A stretch of DNA of 64,000 nucleotides from a virus (taxonomy: Duplodnaviria > Caudoviricetes): the IMG/VR virus record IMGVR_UViG_3300020190_000004; one strand, given 5' to 3'. The notes under the pieces were generated by a model. The model did not search any database, was not told where the DNA came from, and saw only the letters and a program-made list of their open reading frames with translations. A program made the translations under genes and the position numbers. Positions 1 through 7,924 of the stretch are shown one piece after another. How positions within the stretch are numbered: position 1 is the first letter of the stretch; the number at the start of each line of letters is the position of its first letter.

Positions 1-122
1 CCGTAAAACAAGTAGTTTTGCTGTAGTTCACCGTTACCTATGCTTTTGCGGATCCTTTCAGGAAGGATCATTTGCTCCAACGTTTTGGGGCGGAATTTTT
101 CTGTGAATAGTTCTTGGATCAT
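1..122 (-). CDS. gp44: Clamp loader ATPase subunit (gp44/RFC-like), 5' part only; runs off window start
   Basis: Not in ORF track. Manual translation from ATG at 122: MIQELFTEKFRPKTLEQMILPERIRKSIGNGELQQNYLFYG, matching the EKxRPKTLxxxILP...LFYG N-terminus of RFC/gp44. Confidence 0.85.
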   Translation of the reverse strand, partial: MIQELFTEKFRPKTLEQMILPERIRKSIGNGELQQNYLFY

Positions 123-141
123 TTAATTTTAGATTTGATAG

Positions 142-150
142 TTATATTCA
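142..150 (-). promoter_or_regulatory. Putative middle-type promoter motif TGAATATAA
   Basis: About 20 nt upstream of the gp44 ATG; TGWATATAA recurs before other replication genes. Confidence 0.45.
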
Positions 151-168
151 AAAAGTATACTATAGTTT

Positions 169-384
169 TTACACGTCCCAAATAGATTTCTTTCTCTTAA
201 ACATTTTGCGCACGTCTAACCAAAGTGCAATCTTTCGTATAAGTCTTTTCATAGTTTGTGGTTTTTCTTTCTTCTTGGGAAACCTTCCGTGATTTCCCAT
301 GCTATCATAGTCTGTGCAATATGCCATCGGAGATGGAAGATCACTGTAATGGCAGTGCAGATCTTCTTTGTTTTCTATTTCCAT
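169..384 (-). CDS. Hypothetical protein
   Basis: 71 aa ORF tiling with neighbours on the coding strand. Confidence 0.5.
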   Translation of the reverse strand: MEIENKEDLHCHYSDLPSPMAYCTDYDSMGNHGRFPKKKEKPQTMKRLIRKIALWLDVRKMFKRKKSIWDV

Positions 385-839
385 ATTGTTGCCTTTTTGT
401 GTATAAATTCTGCTTTAAGCTTTAAGTAAAGACCATTGGTTCTTGCTTCTACCCAATAGTCGTAAAATAGTTTGGCCGACTTTGCTTTTTCGCTAGTAGC
501 CCAATCAATTTCTTGGGGGAGAATGCTTCCGTCAACGTCATACTTCTTTCCACTTTTGTGGTTGGCATATCTTCGTGCGCGAGTGAATCCCATGTGGAGG
601 TATTTCTTGCACATATCAGCACCTACAAAGTCACCGATTTCCAAGTAGCCTAAGAACTCTTGATAGATTTCTTTGCGTGAGATATCTGCTTCCCGAGTGG
701 TCTTAAATCTCCAGATAGGGTGTAGCCTAGACTTGTAGGGTTCACAGATAAGCACACCTTGCTGGCCTCGACCAATCTCGTAGAGGTGTGGGTTCTTTTC
801 GTAATCTGTTCCTGGCTTCCAAGCGTAGTCTTCCATCAT
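375..839 (-). CDS. DUF4385-like conserved protein
   Basis: Motifs GRGQQGVLxxEPYK, WRFKT, MGFTRARRYANH recognised from this family. Confidence 0.7.
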   Translation of the reverse strand: MMEDYAWKPGTDYEKNPHLYEIGRGQQGVLICEPYKSRLHPIWRFKTTREADISRKEIYQEFLGYLEIGDFVGADMCKKYLHMGFTRARRYANHKSGKKYDVDGSILPQEIDWATSEKAKSAKLFYDYWVEARTNGLYLKLKAEFIHKKATIWK

Positions 840-851
840 AGATCTTTAGGT

Positions 852-860
852 TTATATTCA
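852..860 (-). promoter_or_regulatory. Putative middle-type promoter motif TGAATATAA
   Basis: Intergenic, just upstream of 375..839. Confidence 0.45.
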
Positions 861-878
861 AATGTTGTATAACGGTTC

Positions 879-1463
879 TTACTTAAAGGGTGTACCTCCA
901 ACCCAAAATACCAAAGACTTTCTTACCCCAGCTGATACCTTTTCTACCATGTGAGGTATATAAGTCGGGTAAGCGATGAAAGAACCTAACGCTCTTGGAA
1001 CTGTGTGTATACCGCCAGCCATGAAATAGAGATTACCTCCGCGATAGTCATCACTTGAACTCAACTGAACTGATACGGCAATCTTTCTTCCGCTAAACGG
1101 CGGAGGTGACGCCATGTCAACGTGCCAATCGTAATGATCACCTTCATGGTACTCACAGTACATAATGTGCTCAACCATATCAATAGGATCAAACTGCCAC
1201 ATCTTATCATTGGAGACTTTAATTAAATCATAAAGTCTTCCGTACAACCATGCTGACTCGTCGTTGTAATCTATCCAACCGCCTCGACAAGAACGAACTT
1301 CTGGGTTATACTCACCGTCAACGGTAGCATCAATAAGTTCGATTTTGTTAGTAATCTCTAGTATGCGATTAATCTCTTCTTCTGAAAGAGCAGACTCAAT
1401 CACACCTGGTGAAACCAGTGAAACTTCTTTTTCTTCGTGAAGAGCTTGACCTATTGCTATCAT
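879..1463 (-). CDS. 2OG-Fe(II) oxygenase (PKHD/prolyl-hydroxylase-like)
   Basis: HxD (YDWHVD), RKIAVSVQLS..DY.GG, distal His (PHMV) and RKSLVFW 2OG-binding motif. Confidence 0.9.
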   Translation of the reverse strand: MIAIGQALHEEKEVSLVSPGVIESALSEEEINRILEITNKIELIDATVDGEYNPEVRSCRGGWIDYNDESAWLYGRLYDLIKVSNDKMWQFDPIDMVEHIMYCEYHEGDHYDWHVDMASPPPFSGRKIAVSVQLSSSDDYRGGNLYFMAGGIHTVPRALGSFIAYPTYIPHMVEKVSAGVRKSLVFWVGGTPFK

Positions 1464-1756
1464 GCGATTTCGTTAGATACAATTACGTGATATCCACGGT
1501 TATTCTTTGGTAGAATAGTCACCCACTTGTTAGTCTTGCAGTGCTCAACGATAGACTCGTATTGATTTTGCGTATAAACATTTCGACCGTGTCCGGGGTT
1601 TAAGCGTCGACCCATCGGAATATCTTTTAAGTACGGAAACTTTAAGATTTCTATCTCGCGGTAAAAGTGCCCCAGGGTAGGGTAATACTTTTTGGTTTGT
1701 AGCACATCTTTAAGTTGTGCAATTACATCTAGGGTTTTCTTTTGAAATTTTGCCAT
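1460..1756 (-). CDS. Hypothetical protein
   Basis: 98 aa ORF with 4-nt overlap to the next gene. Confidence 0.65.
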   Translation of the reverse strand: MAKFQKKTLDVIAQLKDVLQTKKYYPTLGHFYREIEILKFPYLKDIPMGRRLNPGHGRNVYTQNQYESIVEHCKTNKWVTILPKNNRGYHVIVSNEIA

Positions 1757-1767
1757 GTTTTTATGTT

Positions 1768-2067
1768 TTAGAAGTTGTTATTGTTTGGGTTAGTAGTTCT
1801 TGGGTACTTTTCAATGATAGAAAAAATGTCAGTTATTCTGCAAGCAAGATCCACGTCTACATGAGTGATTGCTGCAAGTTCATGCGAAAAGATTGCAACA
1901 TCAGAATAGTCATATCCGTCAAAAGCACCGTATAGCCAGTTTTCCATGATAGATGTGGAAACGGCAAGTGGGCAGTCATGCAAATCATTGATTACGTCAA
2001 GAATCATATGACGTGTTTTAGAATCCATGTTCTCGTGACGATTAAAGTAAGTTATCTGTTTTTCCAT
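1768..2067 (-). CDS. Hypothetical protein (likely early gene)
   Basis: 99 aa ORF directly downstream of the putative early promoter. Confidence 0.65.
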   Translation of the reverse strand: MEKQITYFNRHENMDSKTRHMILDVINDLHDCPLAVSTSIMENWLYGAFDGYDYSDVAIFSHELAAITHVDVDLACRITDIFSIIEKYPRTTNPNNNNF

Positions 2068-2078
2068 ATCGATTAATT

Positions 2079-2120
2079 AATTATAGTATAAAATTAACCA
2101 AAAGTTTTGTGATATGCAAA
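2079..2120 (-). promoter_or_regulatory. Putative host-RNAP early promoter TTTGCAT-N10-TTTTGGTTAATTTTATACTATAATT
   Basis: Near-identical copy with the same spacing at 28215..28256; TTTG-N20-TAATTTTA resembles the Bacteroidota -33/-7 consensus. Confidence 0.6.
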
Positions 2121-2153
2121 TTTTTATGAAACTTTTTTCATAAAGTTATTAAC

Positions 2154-2180
2154 AAAAAAACCAGGGGTCCGGGCCCCTGG
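2154..2180 (-). terminator. Rho-independent terminator after portal gene
   Basis: CCAGGGG/CCCCTGG stem (2161..2180) followed by T7 on the minus strand, about 40 nt past the portal stop. Confidence 0.8.
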
Positions 2181-2218
2181 AAAAAACTCAATTCTGGTAT
2201 AGAACTGAGAAGTGTTTT

Positions 2219-3835
2219 TTACATGCCCATTCCAGCATTCTGAATTTGTTGAGCAAGTTTCATATCCTCAAGATCTGTTTCCGCTTTATCTTTCATCATG
2301 CGTTCATTAGTAGCAATATCGTCTTGAGACATTTTTAAGTATTTCTCGACCACGAACTTAGGAGTAAAGTAAGGCACATCAACATCCATCCCAGTAGCAT
2401 CCTTCTTCTTATCCATGATTCCCATCATAGAGGTAACAAAGTCAACGCGTTTCTGCATGATATCCATATTCTTAAGTTCTTCAAAGACGTTATCCTTGTT
2501 AAATGTAACTGCTAGTGTAGACTTAAAAAGCTCGTCTTCAGCTAATTCGGGGTATATAATGCCCATTTGAATAAATAGCGGTTTAAGAAGAATTTCTTGG
2601 TAGATTGAACGAAGACGAGTAATGAATTTAAAGAAGCGTATTTCTTCTCGGTCAATTCCATCAGCAGCGGCAGCGTACTGACCACCACCGCCTCCACCCA
2701 TACCTTTATCAAATCTTGATGCCGGTATCTTAGAGTCTTCTATAAGTTTATCTTTAAAGTATTGGAGTGTTCCGGGGTCATTCATGTCAAAACCTTCTCC
2801 ACCCATCACCGATATATCTGGAGATTCACCATTCTTAGATGGGAATAAGTAGTTCTTGTAGAACTGCATTGAAGGAGAACCGTTGATTGATAGTTCACCT
2901 GAATCTTGGTCAAGGTTAATATCTTCTTTATAGATGTTAATCATTTCAGCAAGCGCCTCCTTTGCTTTTTGTGGAGACTTTGTACCAATCGGTACAACCA
3001 TCTTAAGACGATATGATGAGTTCATAATGTTCCAGATAACTTTAGAGTTCTCCATAATACGAAGAAGGTTAAAGGAACGAACCATTCTTTCCACATATGA
3101 TACACGACCGGTAAAGTTACCTTTTGCATAAGAGATGTAAATAATCTGCGAATCAAGAAGAACTCTTTTCATTGAAGGGACCTCTTCATATTGCACCCAA
3201 ATCTTTTTGTAAACTCCATCGCTAGATTTCTCAACGCCCGGTCTTAATGAGATAGGGTCAAGTTCCTTAAAACCTACAATGTTTTTACCGTCCGGGTCAA
3301 AGATGATTTCAAAGGCAATGAATCCGTCGATAAGTAATTGTCTGAAATAAGACCACCCATCATGCCCTTCACTAAAGTGAAAGTGGGAATAAATCTTTTT
3401 GAACTGTTGGTTAATTTCTACCACAACTTCTTTTTGTGTTTCAGGAGATAGTATCTCTCGTACTTTGCTGATATCCGGTGAACAGAAGTAGTTTGAGTCA
3501 TCATATACAATAGCTTCATCAGCGATAGTATCAACGACAAACTCAATTTCTGGGTTCATCGAAAATTTTCTTAAGTAATCTCTTCTAGCCTTGTAGTCTT
3601 TGTCAAAGAATGCAATAAACTTTTTCTGACCTACATCAGAAAGTGCTAGTGAATATAAAAATTCTTCAGGTAGATATCCCTGGTTACCAAATTCAGCTTC
3701 GGTTACACCGACTGCTCGTGATTGCTTAACCACCATATCGTCATAACGCATGCCAAGGTTTGCCAAGTTCTTAAGACTCTTGGAAATTTGCCCGAAAATT
3801 GGGTTTACGCCTATTCTATCAATGAACCCAGCCAT
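2219..3835 (-). CDS. gp20: Portal vertex protein (T4 gp20-like)
   Basis: PEIEFVVDTIADEAIV, LLIDGFIAFE, LRIMENS.VIW, YF..KL...SKIP.SRF, I.REEIRF.KFI.RLR motifs. Confidence 0.93.
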   Translation of the reverse strand: MAGFIDRIGVNPIFGQISKSLKNLANLGMRYDDMVVKQSRAVGVTEAEFGNQGYLPEEFLYSLALSDVGQKKFIAFFDKDYKARRDYLRKFSMNPEIEFVVDTIADEAIVYDDSNYFCSPDISKVREILSPETQKEVVVEINQQFKKIYSHFHFSEGHDGWSYFRQLLIDGFIAFEIIFDPDGKNIVGFKELDPISLRPGVEKSSDGVYKKIWVQYEEVPSMKRVLLDSQIIYISYAKGNFTGRVSYVERMVRSFNLLRIMENSKVIWNIMNSSYRLKMVVPIGTKSPQKAKEALAEMINIYKEDINLDQDSGELSINGSPSMQFYKNYLFPSKNGESPDISVMGGEGFDMNDPGTLQYFKDKLIEDSKIPASRFDKGMGGGGGGQYAAAADGIDREEIRFFKFITRLRSIYQEILLKPLFIQMGIIYPELAEDELFKSTLAVTFNKDNVFEELKNMDIMQKRVDFVTSMMGIMDKKKDATGMDVDVPYFTPKFVVEKYLKMSQDDIATNERMMKDKAETDLEDMKLAQQIQNAGMGM

Positions 3836-3857
3836 ATTTAGTTGTTATTTTGATTTT

Positions 3858-3866
3858 GTATATATC
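3858..3866 (-). promoter_or_regulatory. Putative late promoter GATATATAC
   Basis: About 22 nt upstream of the portal ATG; motif recurs before virion-type operons; analogous to T4 TATAAATA. Confidence 0.6.
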
Positions 3867-4045
3867 CACTTAAAACCGCCTGCTTAACTTCTTTCGCCCT
3901 CTAAAGACTTTATCAATATGCCTTATTCCTAGTCGTAGGTTTGCATTTAAGCTATTTTCTTATATTCTTTTTGTTTCAGGTGTATACCTTTTACCAATGT
4001 TTATATACATGAGTTCTTTATTAGTTTTGCCGGATAAATCCGTGT

Positions 4046-4777
4046 TTACATTCCTGGTTTAGTAAATCTCTTTTGTATTTTCTTTGCACCCTCTGGGTCT
4101 GGTTTTCTTGGGTTCTTTAATTGTTCTGATCTAAACTTGGTGTATTCAGTCCACACTTTAGCCGGCGGCATTCCTATAAACTCTTTGGGTATAAAGTACG
4201 GAAGCATTTCATAATCGCTAAATTCTATAAGAACTGGCTCCATTATTCTAGGAAGAAGGTAATTTCTAAATCCCCACTTATAGCCAATCTGCCCACCTCT
4301 GTCGAACATCTTGGAGATAAAGTCCCAATTCTGTAAATTTAGGATAGCATTTTTCATTAAGCCTACCTGGCCTTTAGAGACAAGTTCTTTAGCTTGATCC
4401 ATGTCTTTCTTAAATGCATCTTCATAAATTGACAGAAGCTGAAATCTTTGAGATTCGGGAAAGTAATTTAAGTTAAGACCCTGAACTATCAGATTTCCGT
4501 TAGCTGTTGTAGACTGGCCGTGAACTAGTACAAACGGTCTCTTGTCATAGTAAGGCAACTGCTTTGCGTACAAAGGATCATACTTAAATGTGTAAAAGCG
4601 CCCGGGTATAAAAAACTTAAGTTTCTTTGCTAACACACGTTCGCCTGGGTCGAAGAGTTCCTCTACTTTAAACGGCTGCTTAAAGTATTTCTTCTCTAGA
4701 TAAGGATATGCTTCTTTGCGAAGTTTGTCTTTATCTTTTGTGTTGTTGTATCTTGTAAACGCGTTATCTAACATCAC
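4046..4777 (-). CDS. gp2: DNA end protector protein (T4 gp2-like)
   Basis: PGRFYTFKYDP...LPYYD..P.VL...GLNLNY.P motif; adjacent to gp4. Confidence 0.7.
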   Translation of the reverse strand: MMLDNAFTRYNNTKDKDKLRKEAYPYLEKKYFKQPFKVEELFDPGERVLAKKLKFFIPGRFYTFKYDPLYAKQLPYYDKRPFVLVHGQSTTANGNLIVQGLNLNYFPESQRFQLLSIYEDAFKKDMDQAKELVSKGQVGLMKNAILNLQNWDFISKMFDRGGQIGYKWGFRNYLLPRIMEPVLIEFSDYEMLPYFIPKEFIGMPPAKVWTEYTKFRSEQLKNPRKPDPEGAKKIQKRFTKPGM

Positions 4778-5259
4778 TTTCTAAATAAGAAGTCTTCAGT
4801 TACTACAATGAATTTGTAACCTCTACCTTCTGCATATTGTTTAGCTGCAGCAAACTTAGCTCGATTAGTTAACCAAGTCGATAGTGCATAATTATAGTTT
4901 TTGAGTTTCTTAGTAGTCATGTTACCTTCAAGAATTGGCTGAACCAAAGAAGCTGCTGGTTTAACCTCAGCAATAAAATCTTCGAAGCAGTCATCGCGTT
5001 GAACACGCATATAAAAGTCTACATAATAAGTATGTTCTCTACCGTCGATGGGACTTGTGTATTTAATACCAAGAGGCTCTGAAGACCACTTTAAAACTTC
5101 TTCATTAAGATCACAATACCGGCAGAACCTAAACTCCCATGAAGAACGATAAATGATTTTACTTAAATCACCAATGTACTTATCAGGGTTTTCTAACTTG
5201 TAATATCCTTGTCTGTAACCGCCTCTGTGCGTAGGCTTGTTTGATTTTATATCACTCAT
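4774..5259 (-). CDS. gp4: Head completion nuclease (T4 gp4-like, TnsA N-terminal fold)
   Basis: YRSSWE..FC.YCD....V.KWSSEP, Y.VDFY, EVKP, K..AA..YA...G..F.V.TE. Start at the second ATG (5259) preferred; track gives 5280. Confidence 0.88.
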   Translation of the reverse strand: MSDIKSNKPTHRGGYRQGYYKLENPDKYIGDLSKIIYRSSWEFRFCRYCDLNEEVLKWSSEPLGIKYTSPIDGREHTYYVDFYMRVQRDDCFEDFIAEVKPAASLVQPILEGNMTTKKLKNYNYALSTWLTNRAKFAAAKQYAEGRGYKFIVVTEDFLFRK

Positions 5260-5307
5260 AATGAATACTTTATTAATCATTATGGCGCCATAATGATTAC
5301 TTTATTA
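5257..5307. promoter_or_regulatory. 26-bp perfect palindrome plus 19-bp direct repeat at the gp4 start
   Basis: TAATCATTATGGCGCCATAATGATTA (5274..5299) is self-complementary; CATAATGA(A/T)TACTTTATTA at 5257..5275 and 5289..5307. Confidence 0.6.
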
Positions 5308-5311
5308 TACA

Positions 5312-5656
5312 TTATAGACTATAGAGATTTTCGTTGCTTAAAGATACCTGGTCCGTTGAACTAAGAGGGTGAAGTTTTCTCCAGCCTTTAGCAAAGCCGT
5401 TCTTTATGATTTGTGTATAGTAAGCAAACGGATACTTTGACTTTTCAGGGTTGTAACTTCTCCAGTATTTCACAACATCCATTAGTGCAAAAGCAATACA
5501 ATCTTTACGATCTTCTTCATCTTTATATCTTAGCTTTTTAGAAGCACCTTCTGCCATAAGCATAAGCATTTCAATAGCTCTTGGTGTCAATTCATTTTTT
5601 TCTTTAGATAGAAGAATTTCTTTTCTAAACTCTTCAGGGTTTACATAATTTGCCAT
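5312..5656 (-). CDS. gp55: Late-transcription sigma factor (T4 gp55-like, short)
   Basis: NYVN..EF, D..DCI..A.....KY...YNPEKS..PFAY.TQI..N.F motifs. Confidence 0.85.
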   Translation of the reverse strand: MANYVNPEEFRKEILLSKEKNELTPRAIEMLMLMAEGASKKLRYKDEEDRKDCIAFALMDVVKYWRSYNPEKSKYPFAYYTQIIKNGFAKGWRKLHPLSSTDQVSLSNENLYSL

Positions 5657-5664
5657 AAATTTAA

Positions 5665-6294
5665 TTAGTTTGGGGTTCCGGAGGCTGATACTTCAGTTTC
5701 AACGTCAAGACTCTTTAAGTAAGCCGTTAGTTCAGAAACACAGATATCTAAAGAATCAAAGGAAAGTTCCGAGTTTTCCTCAACAGTTTTCTTTAGTTCA
5801 GCTATATCTGAAATGATGCCTTTAACCGAGTCAGACAATCCTGAAACAAATCCTGTTAGTTGGTCGGGTTTATTTTCACCAGTTTTAGGATTTGTTTGGG
5901 TATCGGTCTCAGAATTATATACACCATACTCAATTAGTTTTGGGATCTCAATGTATTTCTTAAGTACCTTGAATTTCTTTGACCCTCCCAGCATGATAGC
6001 AACCTCATCTTGGTCACCGCCGCTGGTGAATTCAACAGCTTTAACAAGGACTTCTTCCCCAGCGCCAGCGCCAGGGAAGTCCTTGGAAAGTTTTCCTTTT
6101 ACATATTCATCGGATTCTTTAAGGCCCACGGTGGCACCGTCGCCTTGAGTCGTTAATTCCAGATCATTGCCCGGTTGAGATTCAGATTTTCTCTTAACAA
6201 CCTTTATATCAGTAGGGATGACTATTTTAGTTGTTCCGTCTTCAAGCTCAATAGTTAAAGTTTTGTCGGCTTGATTAGCCCCTGTGACTATTGC
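5665..6294 (-). CDS. -1 frame continuation of the 6288..7871 gene (probable frameshift-derived C-terminal extension)
   Basis: Frame is open from 6294 to 5665 (209 codons) with no ATG/GTG/TTG before 6129, and is closed by TGA a few codons before the A9 run. Confidence 0.7.
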   Translation of the reverse strand, partial: AIVTGANQADKTLTIELEDGTTKIVIPTDIKVVKRKSESQPGNDLELTTQGDGATVGLKESDEYVKGKLSKDFPGAGAGEEVLVKAVEFTSGGDQDEVAIMLGGSKKFKVLKKYIEIPKLIEYGVYNSETDTQTNPKTGENKPDQLTGFVSGLSDSVKGIISDIAELKKTVEENSELSFDSLDICVSELTAYLKSLDVETEVSASGTPN

Positions 6295-7871
6295 TTTTTT
6301 TTTAAGTACTCGACTTCATCACCAACACCAGCACCTAATCCTTCAGTTACATGAGTAAGCTCAGAAACTTGTTTCTGAATTTTGTAATACTCATCTTTAA
6401 GATTGGAAATCTCTTCATCGATAGCAGAAACCAATTCTTTTATCTCATCGCTTTCACGAATTTCAGTATCAGCTATATTTTCGATTTGTTGCTTTCTTTC
6501 TTCAAGATGTTTGATAGCTGAAAGGTATTCTCCTTTCTCTTCATTTAGTTTGTTAATCTTTGCTTCTTCGTTAACGATAAAAGTATCAAAAGTTAAACCT
6601 AAATCAAAATTAGCAAATTCCAACACTAAGTTACGTGATTGAACCGCGTTACAGTCATTATAGAATTTGCTTTCTTTCATAGCAACATCTACTGTATTGA
6701 TGTATGTCTTATCGCCAAGAACAAAGATATCAGCTCGACGATTAGGATTGCTCTTAGGATAAACCGACTTAACAAAGTCAAGTTCAAAGATTGCGTCCCA
6801 GTTCTCAACGATTTTACCCACCGCTGTAATAACTTCCTTTTCATCAAAGCGGAAGATTCCAGAATTAAGGTATACCGCATGGAATTCATTGATAGTTACT
6901 TTTTTATTATTGATGTAGATTCCTAATCCTTCAGATTCTTCAACAAGTTCTACCTTTTTGTCTTTTGAAAAGATTTTCATGCGATTCTCAGAAACTTCAA
7001 CATTTGGTTGGCTCATGAATGCTGATAAGAAAGTAAAATAGTCAGGTAACTTTTTGTATTCTTCTTCAACAAGAGGGCGCATTTTTTCACCGCTCTTAAC
7101 ATAAGCTTTACCGTTCACAGCAAAGATTTCATCAGATTCGGTAACGATTACCGGAGAATAAACTTTTCCGATGTGAGCGTTATTTATGTTTCCTTTTAAT
7201 TGGAAAGATCTTTCAGATTCAACAACCACATTGTATAAAGATTTGATTGTTGGATCGTAAGCATGTTTGCTTAAACTTTCGATTAACTTAGAACGATTAG
7301 TAGAAGTTCTGCTGTTTAAGTAAGTATCGATGTCTTTTTCTAAACTTGACATGATAAAGTTAGATCTGCTATTCTTTGCTTCGTGAACAGCTTTGTAAAT
7401 CTTAATATCTTCTGCGTATTTCTCGCAGTTAGCTGTAAGAGTATTTAAGCTTTCTTTAATAGCCGGTTCAAAAGAATACGGTGAAAGAACGGAGATTAAA
7501 TTCTCAGCAACCAACCACTCAGGCTGATTTGCCATGCTGCCTAATTTCTCAAGCATGTATAATAAACTTGGGTGTTTAGACAAGTCAGAAGAAGCTGCTG
7601 CCTCTAATACTTTCTTAACTCCTAAGTTATTCATTCCATGAATTCTCTTCTCAATCTCGACGAATTCTCTTACTTCTGATTCTTGTATGTTCTCCAATGC
7701 AGAGATTAGAGATTCTGCTATAGCGTTCTCTGCTTTCGCCGCATCAGCAGGTGAAAGGTTAAGGTAAGAATACTCAGCATGTTTCTTAAGTGCTTCATTA
7801 CAAGCAGCGATAGCATCGGTTGATCCAGATTTAGATATGAATCCCTCAATTCTTGTTTTGATTTTTAACAT
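6288..7871 (-). CDS. Large helical/coiled-coil protein, probably virion-associated
   Basis: 527 aa ORF preceded by GATATATAC; ends in slippery TTA AAA AAA AAG CAA TAG. Confidence 0.75.
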   Translation of the reverse strand: MLKIKTRIEGFISKSGSTDAIAACNEALKKHAEYSYLNLSPADAAKAENAIAESLISALENIQESEVREFVEIEKRIHGMNNLGVKKVLEAAASSDLSKHPSLLYMLEKLGSMANQPEWLVAENLISVLSPYSFEPAIKESLNTLTANCEKYAEDIKIYKAVHEAKNSRSNFIMSSLEKDIDTYLNSRTSTNRSKLIESLSKHAYDPTIKSLYNVVVESERSFQLKGNINNAHIGKVYSPVIVTESDEIFAVNGKAYVKSGEKMRPLVEEEYKKLPDYFTFLSAFMSQPNVEVSENRMKIFSKDKKVELVEESEGLGIYINNKKVTINEFHAVYLNSGIFRFDEKEVITAVGKIVENWDAIFELDFVKSVYPKSNPNRRADIFVLGDKTYINTVDVAMKESKFYNDCNAVQSRNLVLEFANFDLGLTFDTFIVNEEAKINKLNEEKGEYLSAIKHLEERKQQIENIADTEIRESDEIKELVSAIDEEISNLKDEYYKIQKQVSELTHVTEGLGAGVGDEVEYLKKKQ

Positions 7872-7894
7872 TTTTCAAAGATTATTTTCTTGTA

Positions 7895-7903
7895 GTATAT
7901 ATC
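7895..7903 (-). promoter_or_regulatory. Putative late promoter GATATATAC
   Basis: Intergenic, about 23 nt upstream of the ATG at 7871. Confidence 0.6.
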
Positions 7904-7924
7904 TTGTTTTGTTCCGCATTTTTA

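Noticed and set aside
4774-5259. TnsA-like transposase or mobile element
   Set aside because: Position next to gp2 and portal, and the length, fit T4 gp4 head-completion nuclease; no TnsB/C genes or terminal repeats.
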